A stretch of 48,910 nucleotides of DNA, taken from a virus (Duplodnaviria; Heunggongvirae; Uroviricota; Caudoviricetes). Positions 21,020 through 33,147 of the stretch are shown here, piece by piece (positions within the stretch are counted from its first letter, which is position 1; the number at the start of each line of letters is the position of its first letter). The DNA lies in the IMG/VR virus record IMGVR_UViG_3300029904_000001, positions 128,001-176,910 of that record; one strand, written 5' to 3'. The notes beneath the pieces were generated by a model. The model saw only the letters and a list, made by a program, of their open reading frames with translations, was not told the DNA's origin and did not search any database. The position numbers were made by a program, and so were the translations under genes.

Positions 21020-22366
21020 TTAATTAATTTTAGATTTTAATACTTCGATCTCCTTCTTTAATTCTTTGATTGCAGCAATAGCAACAACTGAAAGTCTAGC
21101 ATAATCTACCGTTAGATGACCTTCTGCGTCTTCTGATACAAGATCAGGATAGATTTTCTGCACATCTTGAGCAATTGTACCAACATGAACGAGAACATCT
21201 TGATTAATATCTTCTGATTCATCTTTCTTCCAAGAGAAAAGAACTGTAGGTATTTTATCAATGTTATTAGCTATACTTAACTCAGATTTAATATTTTTCA
21301 AAGTGCCATCTGATGTTTCATAGAATCCATTTGTTGCGTTCATTCTAGTAGCATATAGCTGTCCCGATTGCATATAAACGGAAGTATTACTATATGTAAC
21401 TACTCCATCAGGAGATTGAGTGGTACCTCCAGTTAAATAAAGCTTAGATGTACTGTTAGATGTACCAGTAGTATTTTTAGTATCTGCAGAGGTAATATAA
21501 TCATTTCAATTAGCTTCTGTTAAAATTTCATTACCATCATACGTAAATCCACCTTGAGATAAAATTACTGATTTCTGGGCTCCCACTAAGGTTAAAGAAC
21601 CACTACCGGTCGAACCACCATAAATAGTAAGATCATTAGCACCGTGAAGTTCTTCGACAGCATTAATTGTTGAAACTTCTAATTCTCCACTTAAAGTACC
21701 TCCAGTTAAAGGTAGATAATCAACAAGTTCTGTTTTAGTAGCTAAATTAGAAATATCGGGTATTTCGGTCTTAAGAGCATAATCGTTTAATGTCTCAACC
21801 AATGCTCTTGCTTGTATTTGATTTTGAAGTGATGCCAACGCTTCATTAAGATCCATAGAAGAAGACAATGTAGTTGTACTTGTACCTTCTGTATAACCAG
21901 TAAGACGAGTTATATCTCTAGCAACATGTGTATGATCTTCAGTAGCAGCATTTATAGAACCTGGTGTAATATCACTAATAGCAATAGATAATTCAGAATT
22001 AGTTACATATTCAGATAAATCAACATTAGTTAAATATTGACTATGAGTGTGATTACCTAATGCTACAGTCGATGCACTAGTACCAGTAGGAATACGTGAG
22101 ATTGACAATTTTCCAGATGTTATGTCAGAAGCAGCATGAGTATGCCCTATATCAGCTTTACCTGCTAACTCGTTAGTAGTTGCATAATTCATTAAATCAG
22201 ATTCAAGAGCAACAGGACCAGATCCACAATAGTAAGGTTGTTGATGTGTTTGTATTATTGTTGCATCTTTGACGAACACAATCGAATCGTCTCGGATATC
22301 GCCGATTCTACTATCGAAGTCGGTCTTATTATTAAAATGAACTAGTTTATTTGTTATTTGTGCCAT
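21020..22366 (-). CDS. Tail fibre with C-terminal peptidase S74 intramolecular chaperone (448 aa, code 4)
   Basis: Track ORFs 21506..22366 and 21020..21373 are in frame across one TGA. Motifs SDGTLK (Ser/Lys dyad), GTIAQDVQKIYPDLV, VDYARL, and HTH fibre repeats. Confidence 0.85.
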
Positions 22367-22379
22367 ATTTAATAAAATT

Positions 22380-22418
22380 TATTTAAAGTGGAGCTTAAGC
22401 TCTTCACAAAAGCTCCAC
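22380..22418 (-). terminator. Terminator-like hairpin
   Basis: AGTGGAGCTT...AAGCTCCACT inverted repeat after the stop at 22430, with a weak T tract. Confidence 0.55.
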
Positions 22419-22429
22419 TATATTATATA

Positions 22430-24028
22430 TTATTTAAAATCAGCCCAAGTCCAAAGACCCTCAGCATATTCTTTAGCATCCGCTAGACATTGAGTAACAG
22501 ACGCTGTAGAAGCCTTATCGTCAAGAGTAGTTTGTAAATCAGTAACTTGAGCTATTGTATGAGTGTGAGAAGCAGCAGCAGCACCAATAGCAGCAGGAGT
22601 AATATCAAATGCTACATCTACAGAACCATCAAACTTAGTCTGTGCTGTACCATCAAGAGATACTGTAAGTCCATGACCTACTTTATCTGCTGTACCTGCC
22701 GTTCCTGGTTTACCGATAGTTACTTTTTGAGCACCACCAGTAGATGGAGTTACTGTGAAGCTACCATCAGTACCGTTAGTAAAAGTATATGTAGTATTAG
22801 TATCTACTTTTCCTTCCAATGAAGCTTCAATAGCATCAATTGCTTCTTGTACAGTTTCTGCAGCGTGAGCACCTTCACCTCCAACTACAATATCTTCTCC
22901 ACCAACAACAACATTATCAGAAAGAGCTTTTCCATTTACTGTACGAGTTGTTGGAACTTTTCCATCAAGTGCAGTTTGAAGATTTGTAACATCTGCAATT
23001 TCATGAGTATGACTTGTATTTGCTTTACCAGCAAGACCAGAAGTTAATGCAGATTGAGTAGCATAAGTAGAAGCTGCAGAAGCAATAGTTAAATAAGGAC
23101 TAAGATCTACAGAACCAGCAAGAGCATCCCAAGATTCTCCATTCCATGCATAATTAGTACCAGCTGGAACATTATCATGAGCATCTGTAACATTCCATAC
23201 ATCACCTTCAGCGGGTTCTTCTGGAAGTTCTGCATAAGCACAAGAGCCTTTATATTTAAGTACTGAAGAAAGACTTGTATTAACTGCAGAATCTACATAA
23301 GATTTAACATCTGATGCGATTGTAAGACCAGCTCCATTAGAACTTACTGTAGATGTAGTAAGACTACCAGAAATTGCTTGAGTTGTTCCTGATTTAGCTG
23401 CGGCAGTAAGAGTAAGATTTCCTTCTCCAGACGCGCTTACAGACTGAAGTGCAGTATCAGCTTTTGTACCTTGTTCAGCAGTAGCATAATCAGATTCATC
23501 AAAATCAGTAATCTGAGATTTTGTATGAGTGTGAGTAGTATTAGCTTTTCCTGCAAGAGCGTCAGAAAGTCCAGATACTTTATCTTGGCTAATGGTTCCA
23601 ACTGCGAAAGTTACTTCACTTAAGCCACTTTGAGTAATTGTAGTACCATCACCTTTATATACAATAGCTGCTGGAATTTCTCCAACTTGCTCATCTACAT
23701 ACTTCTTTAATCCATGATAAGACTGAACTGTAGATGCGTCGCTATCTGAACCAATGTTAAGCTTAGTTGCAAGTTGTTGAGTTACTGAGCTTGCAGAAGC
23801 AATATCTGAAAAATCTACTTCAATTCGTTTATTATCTTGATTTACAATCGTAAGTTTTAGACTTACTTCATCCCAAGAAGCAGATTTTACTCCTGCTCCA
23901 AATACATCAACTTCTGTAGCAGATTTTGCTACCTTAATACAACCTGTTGATGTTTCAAAATAGATTCTACCAGTAATAAGACCAGTAGAATCTACAGTTG
24001 TAACTTTTGAAAAACTTAATTGTGCCAT
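22430..24028 (-). CDS. Tail fibre protein (532 aa)
   Basis: Repeats KANTxHTHxIxxVTxLQxxLDxK, VNGKAL, and a YKGS...YAWNGESWDAL knob module. Confidence 0.8.
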   Translation of the reverse strand: MAQLSFSKVTTVDSTGLITGRIYFETSTGCIKVAKSATEVDVFGAGVKSASWDEVSLKLTIVNQDNKRIEVDFSDIASASSVTQQLATKLNIGSDSDASTVQSYHGLKKYVDEQVGEIPAAIVYKGDGTTITQSGLSEVTFAVGTISQDKVSGLSDALAGKANTTHTHTKSQITDFDESDYATAEQGTKADTALQSVSASGEGNLTLTAAAKSGTTQAISGSLTTSTVSSNGAGLTIASDVKSYVDSAVNTSLSSVLKYKGSCAYAELPEEPAEGDVWNVTDAHDNVPAGTNYAWNGESWDALAGSVDLSPYLTIASAASTYATQSALTSGLAGKANTSHTHEIADVTNLQTALDGKVPTTRTVNGKALSDNVVVGGEDIVVGGEGAHAAETVQEAIDAIEASLEGKVDTNTTYTFTNGTDGSFTVTPSTGGAQKVTIGKPGTAGTADKVGHGLTVSLDGTAQTKFDGSVDVAFDITPAAIGAAAASHTHTIAQVTDLQTTLDDKASTASVTQCLADAKEYAEGLWTWADFK

Positions 24029-24045
24029 ATATTATTTAATATTTA

Positions 24046-25314
24046 TTATTCAACTTCTATCCAAGCGAGATCTAACTTTCCACCATCATTAATAAGACTG
24101 GAATTTGATGCTTTAACTATATTAGCTACGTTAACATCAATGTTTCTTGTATTACCACCTCCAGAAACCGTGATTGTTTGTCCAGTAGAACCAATAGTTG
24201 TAATTCCACCAGCTTGAGCTGTTTGAATTGCACCTGCTAAGGTATCAATGGCATCAGCTATAGTAGCATCAGCTGAAATTGTAGCACCTTCTGTAATTTC
24301 TTGACCTACTTTAATAAGAGTACCATTTAAAGAAGGAGCAATTGCACCAGCTAATGTCGCAGGAACAACTGTAACTTTTACAGATTTCGCAGCAGTTCCA
24401 GTAGCAAGAGAAACACCAGCGGAAGCAGTTGTATCAATTGCTCTTACTTGATCACCATCTAATTGAGTCTTTAGATCATTAACATCTTTAACGAGACCCG
24501 ATTCTGCGGTACCAACTGTCGTTTTTAGATCTTCTACATCTTTAACAATACCGGTATCTGATCCATCTCCAAGTTGTTCTTGAATTGCAGCAATATCAGA
24601 TGCGTTTTGATCAATTAATGAAATTTTAGCGTCTGGAACTAAAGAAGAACCTGCAACCTTATCGACTTTATTTCCAATTTGAGCAGTTAAATCTGATTTA
24701 GCCTCATCGGTATAAGTCTTAGATTCTTCAATAGCTTCTGATTTAGCGGTAGCAACTTCAGATTTAGTGGCGTATGTAGAAAGATCAACAGAAAGACCAA
24801 GTAATTCCCAAGAATCACCATCCCATACATATTCTCCATTATTTTCAGTTACATGATATACATCACCAACTTGCTGCGTTCCATCTTCTGGAAGTTCAGC
24901 AATGGTTGCTTTTGTACCTTTAAATGTAAAGATTGCCGTAACTTTATTTTCAAGAGCTGAAACTTTATCTCCAAGAACTTTACCTTGTTTTGCAGAAAGT
25001 GCAGCATCTGTTCTTTCGGAAGTTAAATTATCAATAATTTCTACTACTGTAGCAGCGTCAGCATCGAGTTGTTTCCAACCAGAATAATCAGTTTCAAGTG
25101 CTTTAGTTTTATCAACAAGCATATAAATCGCTTGATCAGCTGATACAGCAACGATTAAACCATTATATAGATAAAGAGTTTCACCATCATAAGGCTAAGT
25201 TTCTTTATTAATCAGATCAGCTTTTGCATCAACAACAACGCGTGGATCTAATGCTTCAGCAGCTTTTACTTCAAAGTTAGCTGCAAATTCAAACATACCT
25301 TTATTTCTTGCCAT
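24046..25314 (-). CDS. Fibre adaptor protein interrupted by an in-frame TAG at codon 40 (nonsense allele, read-through or sequencing error)
   Basis: ATG 25314 preceded by AGGAGG. MARNKGMFEFAANFEVKAAEALDPRVVV...KET*PYDGETLYLYNGLIVAV continues in frame into track ORF 24046..25122. Confidence 0.7.
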
Positions 25315-25332
25315 ATTATAATCCTCCTATAA

Positions 25333-26394
25333 TTAAAATTTAACAATTAAGGTTACTGATCCACGATCGGCACCATTATACGAATATGTATAATAGTGAT
25401 GACTTATTTCATTTACATCCTCGTCTGCTTCTGTTTTTGTTCAATCCTCAAAAGAAATAACTTCCATCTGATTAGATACAGTATTTAACATCTGCATTTG
25501 AGTAAGTTCACGAGGAACTTTTATCTGTTGTTTAGCAGCTGATGTATGTGGTTGTAATACAAAACGAGATGTAGTCATTTGTCCAGGTGTAGCATTCCAA
25601 GCAATAAGAGCTTGTTTTGTTAATGTTCCTGCAGTTGCTGTAGAAGCATACCAAGGATAAGTTCCATTTAAAGTAATTGCTGAAGAATCTACTGTTCCCG
25701 CAGATAATGGAGATCCATACTTATTTCCTTTATTATCTTTAGGTTGAGGACCAGCTTCATAAGCAGCTCTGTATTTAAAAGTTGTATTACCTTCAGCAAC
25801 AGTTGCAGGAAGTGCCTGTGTTTCAGGATCATTCCCTACATAAATAAAAGAATTTCCAGATATCAGATTACCAGCTCTATCTGCTTGTTTTGTGCTATTT
25901 AAAGTAATTTGTCCTTTATTAAAATTAGTAACAAAATTCGAGTTTGTTGGTCCAGTTGCGCCAACTTCTTGTGTAGCAGCATAATCGGTAAACTTAATAG
26001 TAGCAGAAGGTGGTGTAAATGTTGGATTAACTGTAGGGAAAAGAAGATCATCAAACATCTGATTAATTGTCTTTCCGTTAAGATCTCCAACTGTTGTACC
26101 TTTCGAAATACCACCTACTGCAGAAGGCATTTCAAGTTCAGTATCTCCTATTTCAGAAGTATATGTACCTCCAAGTACAGAAAGATCAAGTTCTTCACTT
26201 GATGTATCTGTATAATGAATTGTAAGTGTAGATCCGTCTAATGTAACGTCTTCTACTGTTTTAGATGAAGAACCTCCATATTGTTCTCCATTCAACATAA
26301 TTTTGTGTGAATCGGTACAGAAGTAAATACCGTCTGCATGTGTAACAGACGAGTATTTAGCTTCTAGACCACGATAAAATTTTAAAACTGCCAT
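25333..26394 (-). CDS. Tail fibre-associated protein (353 aa, code 4)
   Basis: MAVLKFYRG...DGIYFCTD N-terminal module and VGGISKGTT...LLFPTVNP. Extended through TGA to TAA 25333. Confidence 0.7.
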
Positions 26395-26429
26395 AAAATA
26401 AAAATTTTAATTGTTTTAAAGTTTATAAA

Positions 26430-28040
26430 TTAATTATATTCGGCTCATGTAAGCCAATCTGTTAAGTCTACCCAAGATCCTTGAGTTCTTGCGTAGCTTT
26501 TATCATCTAATACATCCATTATCTCAGATCCTCCACCAGCTTCAATCACTATGTTACCTGATCCAAGTAATGAAGTACCGTTTATTGTTTTAATGTTAGT
26601 ACCTGATACTAATGTGTCTTGTTTTGCATTAACTTCAGCTTTTGTAGCTAAATTAGAAACATCTGGAATTTCTGGAAAATCTGTTATATCAGCAACTACA
26701 TGCGTATGTTCAGTAGGAGCGTAATTTGATAATTCAGATTTTGTTGCTAAATTACTTATATCTGGAATCTCAGATTTCTTTGCATAATCTGTTAAAGCAG
26801 AATTAGTAATATAACCAGCATCGTTTGTAAATGAACTTATATTAGTTGGAACAGTAGGTATTTCTGATTTCAATGCGTAATCAGTTAAATCTGGAAGATC
26901 GTCATTTGTGATAAATCCAGAATCGTTAGTAAATTGAGAGAGACTTGTTGGTCTTCCAATAACATTTTCCCAATTAACAGAATCAGCAACACCACCTCCT
27001 GTAGCAGATAATATGCCGTCCTCAGTTATAGACAAACCTGCTCCTATTTTAATGCCTCCCAAAGTATCGGTTGATGCAATTGGTAAAGTATACTTAGCAT
27101 CGTTAATAGCTTCTGTTAACTCATCATCAGTAACATAATTATTAGGTATTGAGGTTAAATAACCTTGTGAACTAACTCAACTTTCAGTTGCGTATCCATT
27201 TAAAGATGGAATTTCGGATTTTAAAGCATAATTCCCCGCAGGTTGAATTCCAAGACTATCTAATGTGTTATTTCCACTAACCAAATCATGCCCATTTAAT
27301 TGTGGCTTACTTGTTACATTCGTTCAATCAACCGCATCAGCTGTTCCTCCACCAGTTGTAGATAAGACTCCTGTATCAGGATTTATAGCAAGTCCAGCAC
27401 CAATCTTAATTCCTCCAAGAACTGTATCGCTAGCAATTGGAAGTTCAAATTGTACTCCAGAAATAGCTTCTTGAAGTTCAGTATCCGTAACATAATTATC
27501 AGGAACAGACGTTAAATAATTCGAATCGTTTTCTAGTTGTGAAACTTTAGTTGGAATTTCAGATTTTAACGCTAAGTTACTAATATCTGGAATTTCATCT
27601 TTAGTTGCATAATCTTTAGCATCTAATTCACTTTCTGTTACATATTCTTCGGGAATAGATCTTAAAAATCCTTGACTATTTACTCAAACTTCTGTTGCAT
27701 ATCCATCTAAAGATGGAATCTCAGATTTTAATGCATAATCTCCAATTGGTTGATAAGTAGATTGTGCTTCATTCTTTGTTAAATATGCTTCTAGATCAGA
27801 TGAATCAATCAGATTTGAGAATTCAGATTCTAATTCTCTCCATTTTCCAGTTAATGGATCGTCTGAATTAGAATCATTAAATATATAATGCTTATTTGTT
27901 TCTTTACAATAAGCAATATGTCCATTATCAATATTAGCTTCTGAAAAAGCCTTTAAAATAGCCAGCGTTTCAAACGAATCACGCTCAAAGTTAGGCTTTT
28001 TACCGTTATAGCTAAAATTATCACCTATTAAAAGTGCCAT
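26430..28040 (-). CDS. Repeat-rich tail fibre protein (536 aa, code 4)
   Basis: Track ORFs 27684..28040 and 26445..27062 share a frame. Repeats YALKSEIP and S.FTND.GY, plus a duplicated LPIAS..LGGIKIGAGL module. Confidence 0.75.
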
Positions 28041-28042
28041 AA

Positions 28043-31000
28043 TTATGCGTAAATTTGTTTAAACGTGGTTATTGAAGTTGGACTAGTAAGAACATAAACA
28101 TAGTATGTTTCATTATTAACTTCCAACTCAGATCTTGTATATGAATTTATATAATCAAAATTATTTGCATCCTTAATACTTGTTAATGCTCCAAATTGTT
28201 TTGGATAGGCATAAACTGTTCTTTGATTATTTAAAGTTGTTGTTCCAGTATATGATTTTGATCCACGAATTAATTCAGAAAAAGTTAAAATTATCTCGGA
28301 AGTAACTTCGCTAGAATCATCAACAATTCCAAAATAATTCGGATTAACAAATCTTAAACTTGTTGAACCACTAACCGTTTCATAATCATTAGAAACTTTT
28401 ACAGTATAAGTAATATTCGATGAAATATTTAAATATGATTTTGAGGTTATTGAAGGATCTATAGGCTCATCGTTAATAGAAACTGTTTTTGGAGTAATGA
28501 TATCTGTAGATTCCTTAGTTGTTCAAGTAATAGTAGGATTTTGAGACGTTCCTAATTTATATAATCCTCCACCAGATACAGTTACCGATAATGGGAATAC
28601 TTTAGGATACATTCTTGTTAAAGAATCAGGAATTGTTTCTACTAAAGAAACATATTCTTCTGATGTGATAATTCCAGCATTTGAAGTTGTAGCATTTGGA
28701 ATATTTTCTACTATTGACTCTACAGCGTTATAGTTAAGACCAGATTTTGATGCAGTTTCTAAATTAATATTTACTTTGGATGCATCTGAGGTTATATTTA
28801 ATGTAGATACGATTGATGCTGGTAAAGAAACAATTGCAGCACGATTTGCAGCTCCCTTAGAGCCTTCATATGCTGTACCAATAACTTCACCTAATGCAAG
28901 AGATTCTGAAATTTCAGTTAAATTCTGACCATCTCATCTATATAAAATATTAGTACGAGAAGTATCTCCAGTAGCATCACTATTTCTAAAATTATAAATA
29001 GTATCATCTTTAGGAGCCATCGGTTCATCCCAAGAAGTTCCATTATAATTATAGAATTCTTTAGTATCCGTTGTTCAATAAATATCACCAGGATTAGCAG
29101 ATTGCGGAAGTGTACTAACTGTTGCAACTCCATCTACACCAAACACATGCGCCATTTGTCCATTAATTTGAGTAGAAGGAATAAATCCATTTTCATCAAG
29201 AGTTGCGACTCCATTAGGTTGACCCATTTCAATACGCTTAACTTGCGCATCATTGGTAACACTTCCTAATCCAACTTGTTCTTTTGTTACTTTATGAGGA
29301 TTATTTGTATTCGATATATGAGAATCTATACCACCTTCTACAGCATGAATATGATCGTATATTTCAGATTCTGCTGTAGTTGCACGAATAATTTCAGCAG
29401 CTAAATTTGAATTAGTATCAAGTAAATCTTGATTTAATTTATCTGTCTTGTCGACTAAATTATCTAATCCTTGTTGAATTTCATCTCTACGAGCAATTTC
29501 TTCATCTAAATCTTCACGAAGTTCTGTAATCTTTTTCGTATTTTCTTGTATAGCTGGACGTATTTCGTTATTGATACCACCATTTATAGTGTTAAATCCG
29601 TCGGCCATATTTTGATTAATTATATTAACGGAATCAACTAAATTTTGATTAACAGTAGCAATCGTCTCATTTAAGAATTTAACATCCTCTGAATGTTTTG
29701 TTTCAAGATTATCTATTTCTTGCGATAATTTAGAATTAACCTCATCAATAATTGCTTTAAGATTGTCGAATAACTTTTGTAATGTAATTGTTATTACTTT
29801 ACTGTGTGTTGGCTCTTCAGGATCATCATTAATTCAAAAATCAAAATTAAAAGTATATGTATCCTCATCGTATGTGACATCTTTTAGATAATGATCTTTA
29901 AGAATATCAATGTGGATATCTCCTAAAAGAGTTCCATCTTTATCTGCTAAATAATATCTAGCGGCAATATCTGGATCCGATGGAGTATCTTCTTTTATTA
30001 AATGTAGACCCGAAATTTCATCCTCTAGATTAGAAATTAAAGCTAATTTTTGCTGATTATAGGTTGGATTAGATTCTCTTCCATTTAAATTAATATAAAC
30101 TCTTGAATCTCCAACTTGAACGGTATCAGTTCCATCGATACTGATTAGATTTCTAACGATATCATCTATATCAAATCCGACAAGTTTATCGTTATTGCGT
30201 AGTTCAATCTGACGGGTTTTATCCAGATTATTACTTCATTCAACAAAATCAGGAATTTGTATTGGATATACAGTTCCATCTTGTGCAATATATTCGTAAG
30301 AATAATAATGAGTATCGTTATCTCTATTTGTTTTAATTAAATTAAACTCTTTTATAAGTTTATCTTTAAGACCACGAACTCTTAAACCCAACTCATCGAC
30401 TACTAATATATCTGAATTATCAGCAAGTTTTTCACTTTCGTCTGCAACGTTAACATTAATAATATTTCCATTACTTATCGTAATGCCATTACCTTGTCTA
30501 ATAAATGGATCACAATCTATTTCCAATGTTTCGTCTCCTGTTGCAGTGTCAAATATAAAGATAAGTTTATTATGCTCGTAATCATAATTAACATTCTTTA
30601 GTAGAGTTTTAGTTGGAACTTTAACCGAAGACAAGTTAGCAATTTTTTCTGTCAAAACCAAATTATTATTTTCATCAAATTCTACTTGATAATGACTAAG
30701 TTCAATAACTTCATATTTAGTTTCAATTCCAACTTCATTAGGTTCTGTAATAGTTTTATATTCTAATTTTAATCCAGCTAAAGCGACATTCATTAAATCG
30801 TTTATTTGGATTAAATTAGTCCATAATTTATAATCATCTCCTGCGTATTTCCATTGCAAGTGAGTTCCAATTCTAGGATCATCAGGATCTTCACTAGGAC
30901 CAGAATATACTCTTAAAATGATTTCTCGTCCATCGTTTCCACGATCGCCTTTTACATATCCAACTCTACGTGGAATATCTTCTCCAGAAAGTTGAATATA

Positions 31001-31894
31001 TAAATATCCATCGTCTGCTACATAGGATTTTGCAATTGTGTCACCTTTTGGACCTTTAATATCATCTTTATATATTAAAACTTTATTTGCAGAAGAAGGT
31101 TGATTTTGATATCTGTACTCAATATTTCCTGTGTCCAAATTTCTTTCTACAATTATAGAATCTCCTTTTGGACCTTTCATTTGAGATAGATCAAAAAACG
31201 AAACCCAAGCTTCGTTTTCATTATATCGTTTTTGTAAAAATCTTTGTCCAAACTCATTAGGATCGGATACTTGTATATAAAGAGAATTTCCTCTAGGACC
31301 TGGTTTTCCTTCAACTCCTTGTATTCCTTGTAATCCTCTTGTACCACGAGAACCAGTATCACCTTTTAAATCTACATACGTATACTCTTCATCGGTAGTG
31401 CGCTTAATACCTAATTTGGTACCATCTCAATTAAAATCCAAACCTATACCTTGTAAACCAGGTCTACCTTGAGGTCCCATTAATCCAATTCCATCGTCTC
31501 CTTTTTCTCCTTTTGGGCCAGGAACGGTAGAATCTTCTCCTTTTGGACCTTTAATGTTAACGGTTTTTGGATTTTCTAAACCTCCATCGTTTGTTCAAGA
31601 TAAATTACCTTGTTCGTCAACATGAGGTGTAAATGTAACACCTGTATTTCCTTGTTTACCTTGTACACCCGGTTGTCCAGATACTACAAGTTTCCAATAA
31701 AGAGTATTTGTAGGTTCTGTTGCTGTATTTGTTTGTATACAAGCATACATCGATCCCATATAAGATACAAAATCTTGTATATAGTCATCATTAGAATATA
31801 GCGTACTAGAATTCCATTCGCTAAATCTAAATGATTTTCCTTTATTGTAATTCATTGAATTGCAATCAAGAGAACCTCCAAAAGATCTATTCAT
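28043..31894 (-). CDS. Large collagen-repeat tail fibre/adaptor protein (~1283 aa, code 4)
   Basis: Track ORFs 31595..31894, 30236..31180 and 29075..29608 share a frame joined by TGAs. Gly-X-Y repeats at ~31170-31560, NPHKVTKEQVGL, NGVATLD. Confidence 0.75.
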
Positions 31895-32072
31895 AATATG
31901 CTATAATTTTATTAATTGCTGTTAATAATGGTTGTCCATTTTCTATATAATCAATTGCGTTTACTAAATCAAACATATATTGAAGTAAATTTTCATCCAA
32001 TGTATAACCTATGTTTAATTTATGTAACTCTTTTACATATACTTTATATAAAATTGTATACAAGTTTTTCAT
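31887..32072 (-). CDS. Small tail hub-like hypothetical protein
   Basis: MKNLYTILYKVYVKELHKLNIGY, TAATG-coupled to the upstream gene and overlapping the downstream start. Confidence 0.55.
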   Translation of the reverse strand: MKNLYTILYKVYVKELHKLNIGYTLDENLLQYMFDLVNAIDYIENGQPLLTAINKIIAYYE

Positions 32073-32413
32073 TATACATCTATTCAAGAAAAGGATGATA
32101 AAGGAACACAATCATCAGTATCAACTGGATTGCCAGTTTTAAGATTTCCTTTATTTGATCTCATTGCAATTGTATTTGGAATTGGATGAACAGAATAATC
32201 TAATGTTACTTGATTTCCATATTGATCGGTTACATACACTTGATTAGGAATGTTAGTAATCGGCACTCCGTCTCTAGAAGGAACTTGTATAGGAACCCAA
32301 GTGTCACCATTGTGTTCATATATTCCAATTACATGACCTTCTCCATCTGTTTTACATCATATATGATTCGTTGGAGGTGTAGTGTTATCTTTTCAAAAAA
32401 CTTTTTTACTCAT
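32072..32413 (-). CDS. Small structural protein (113 aa, code 4)
   Basis: MSKKVFWKDNTTPPTNHIWCK...SSFSWIDV*, with three TGA-Trp codons. Confidence 0.65.
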
Positions 32414-33146
32414 ATTTACAATTACAATTTGTTGTTGAATTTATAAAAACGCTATCATTACAAAGTTGTCCACATGCAGACAAACTTTCTAATATTCTTT
32501 GAGCTTCAGCGTAATTTCCTGTACAAACTAAATAATCTAATACATAAATAGAAACGAATAAAAAATCACGTAATGCCTTCTTGTTATCTTCTTTACAGAT
32601 TTTATTACAAGATTCTATTTTTTTAAATAAAGTTTGTTTTTGATAATTTATTACACATTTATTTAATTTACAAAATGTAAATAATTCGGTTGTATAATAA
32701 TAATCAATATTTGTATTAGTATAATCTTTTAATGTATATCAATTAGAGATAAGTTTAGTTGTACTTGTATTTATATTATCTAAAGATGAAATATTTGAAA
32801 TACCTAAATAAATATTATCATCATAATAAAAAATTTTATCTTTAATTTTATATTCCCCATTTTCTAATAATGCTTCTGGATTATATACGCCATATTTAGA
32901 GTATATATATCTTCCATCATAATCTGTTACATATTTATAACATTTATAATTATTTGTAGAAATCGTAGAACTTACTTTTTTTGATTGTTTGATGGGAAGT
33001 AAAGATATTTCATCGTCATTATACGCAAAATAACACAAAAATTCAACAAATATAAGTTTATCTAACATAGTAGAATATTCTGTATTATCAATAGCATTTA
33101 ATTCACAACTACATTTAGATAAATTTAAATTTATATTTAGTTTCAT
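32406..33146 (-). CDS. Tail hub-like protein with Cys-rich C-terminus
   Basis: Extended through TGA 32739 to RDFLF...EAQRILE...C..LC...CNC and TAA 32406. Directly after portal. Confidence 0.6.
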
Positions 33147-33147
33147 T

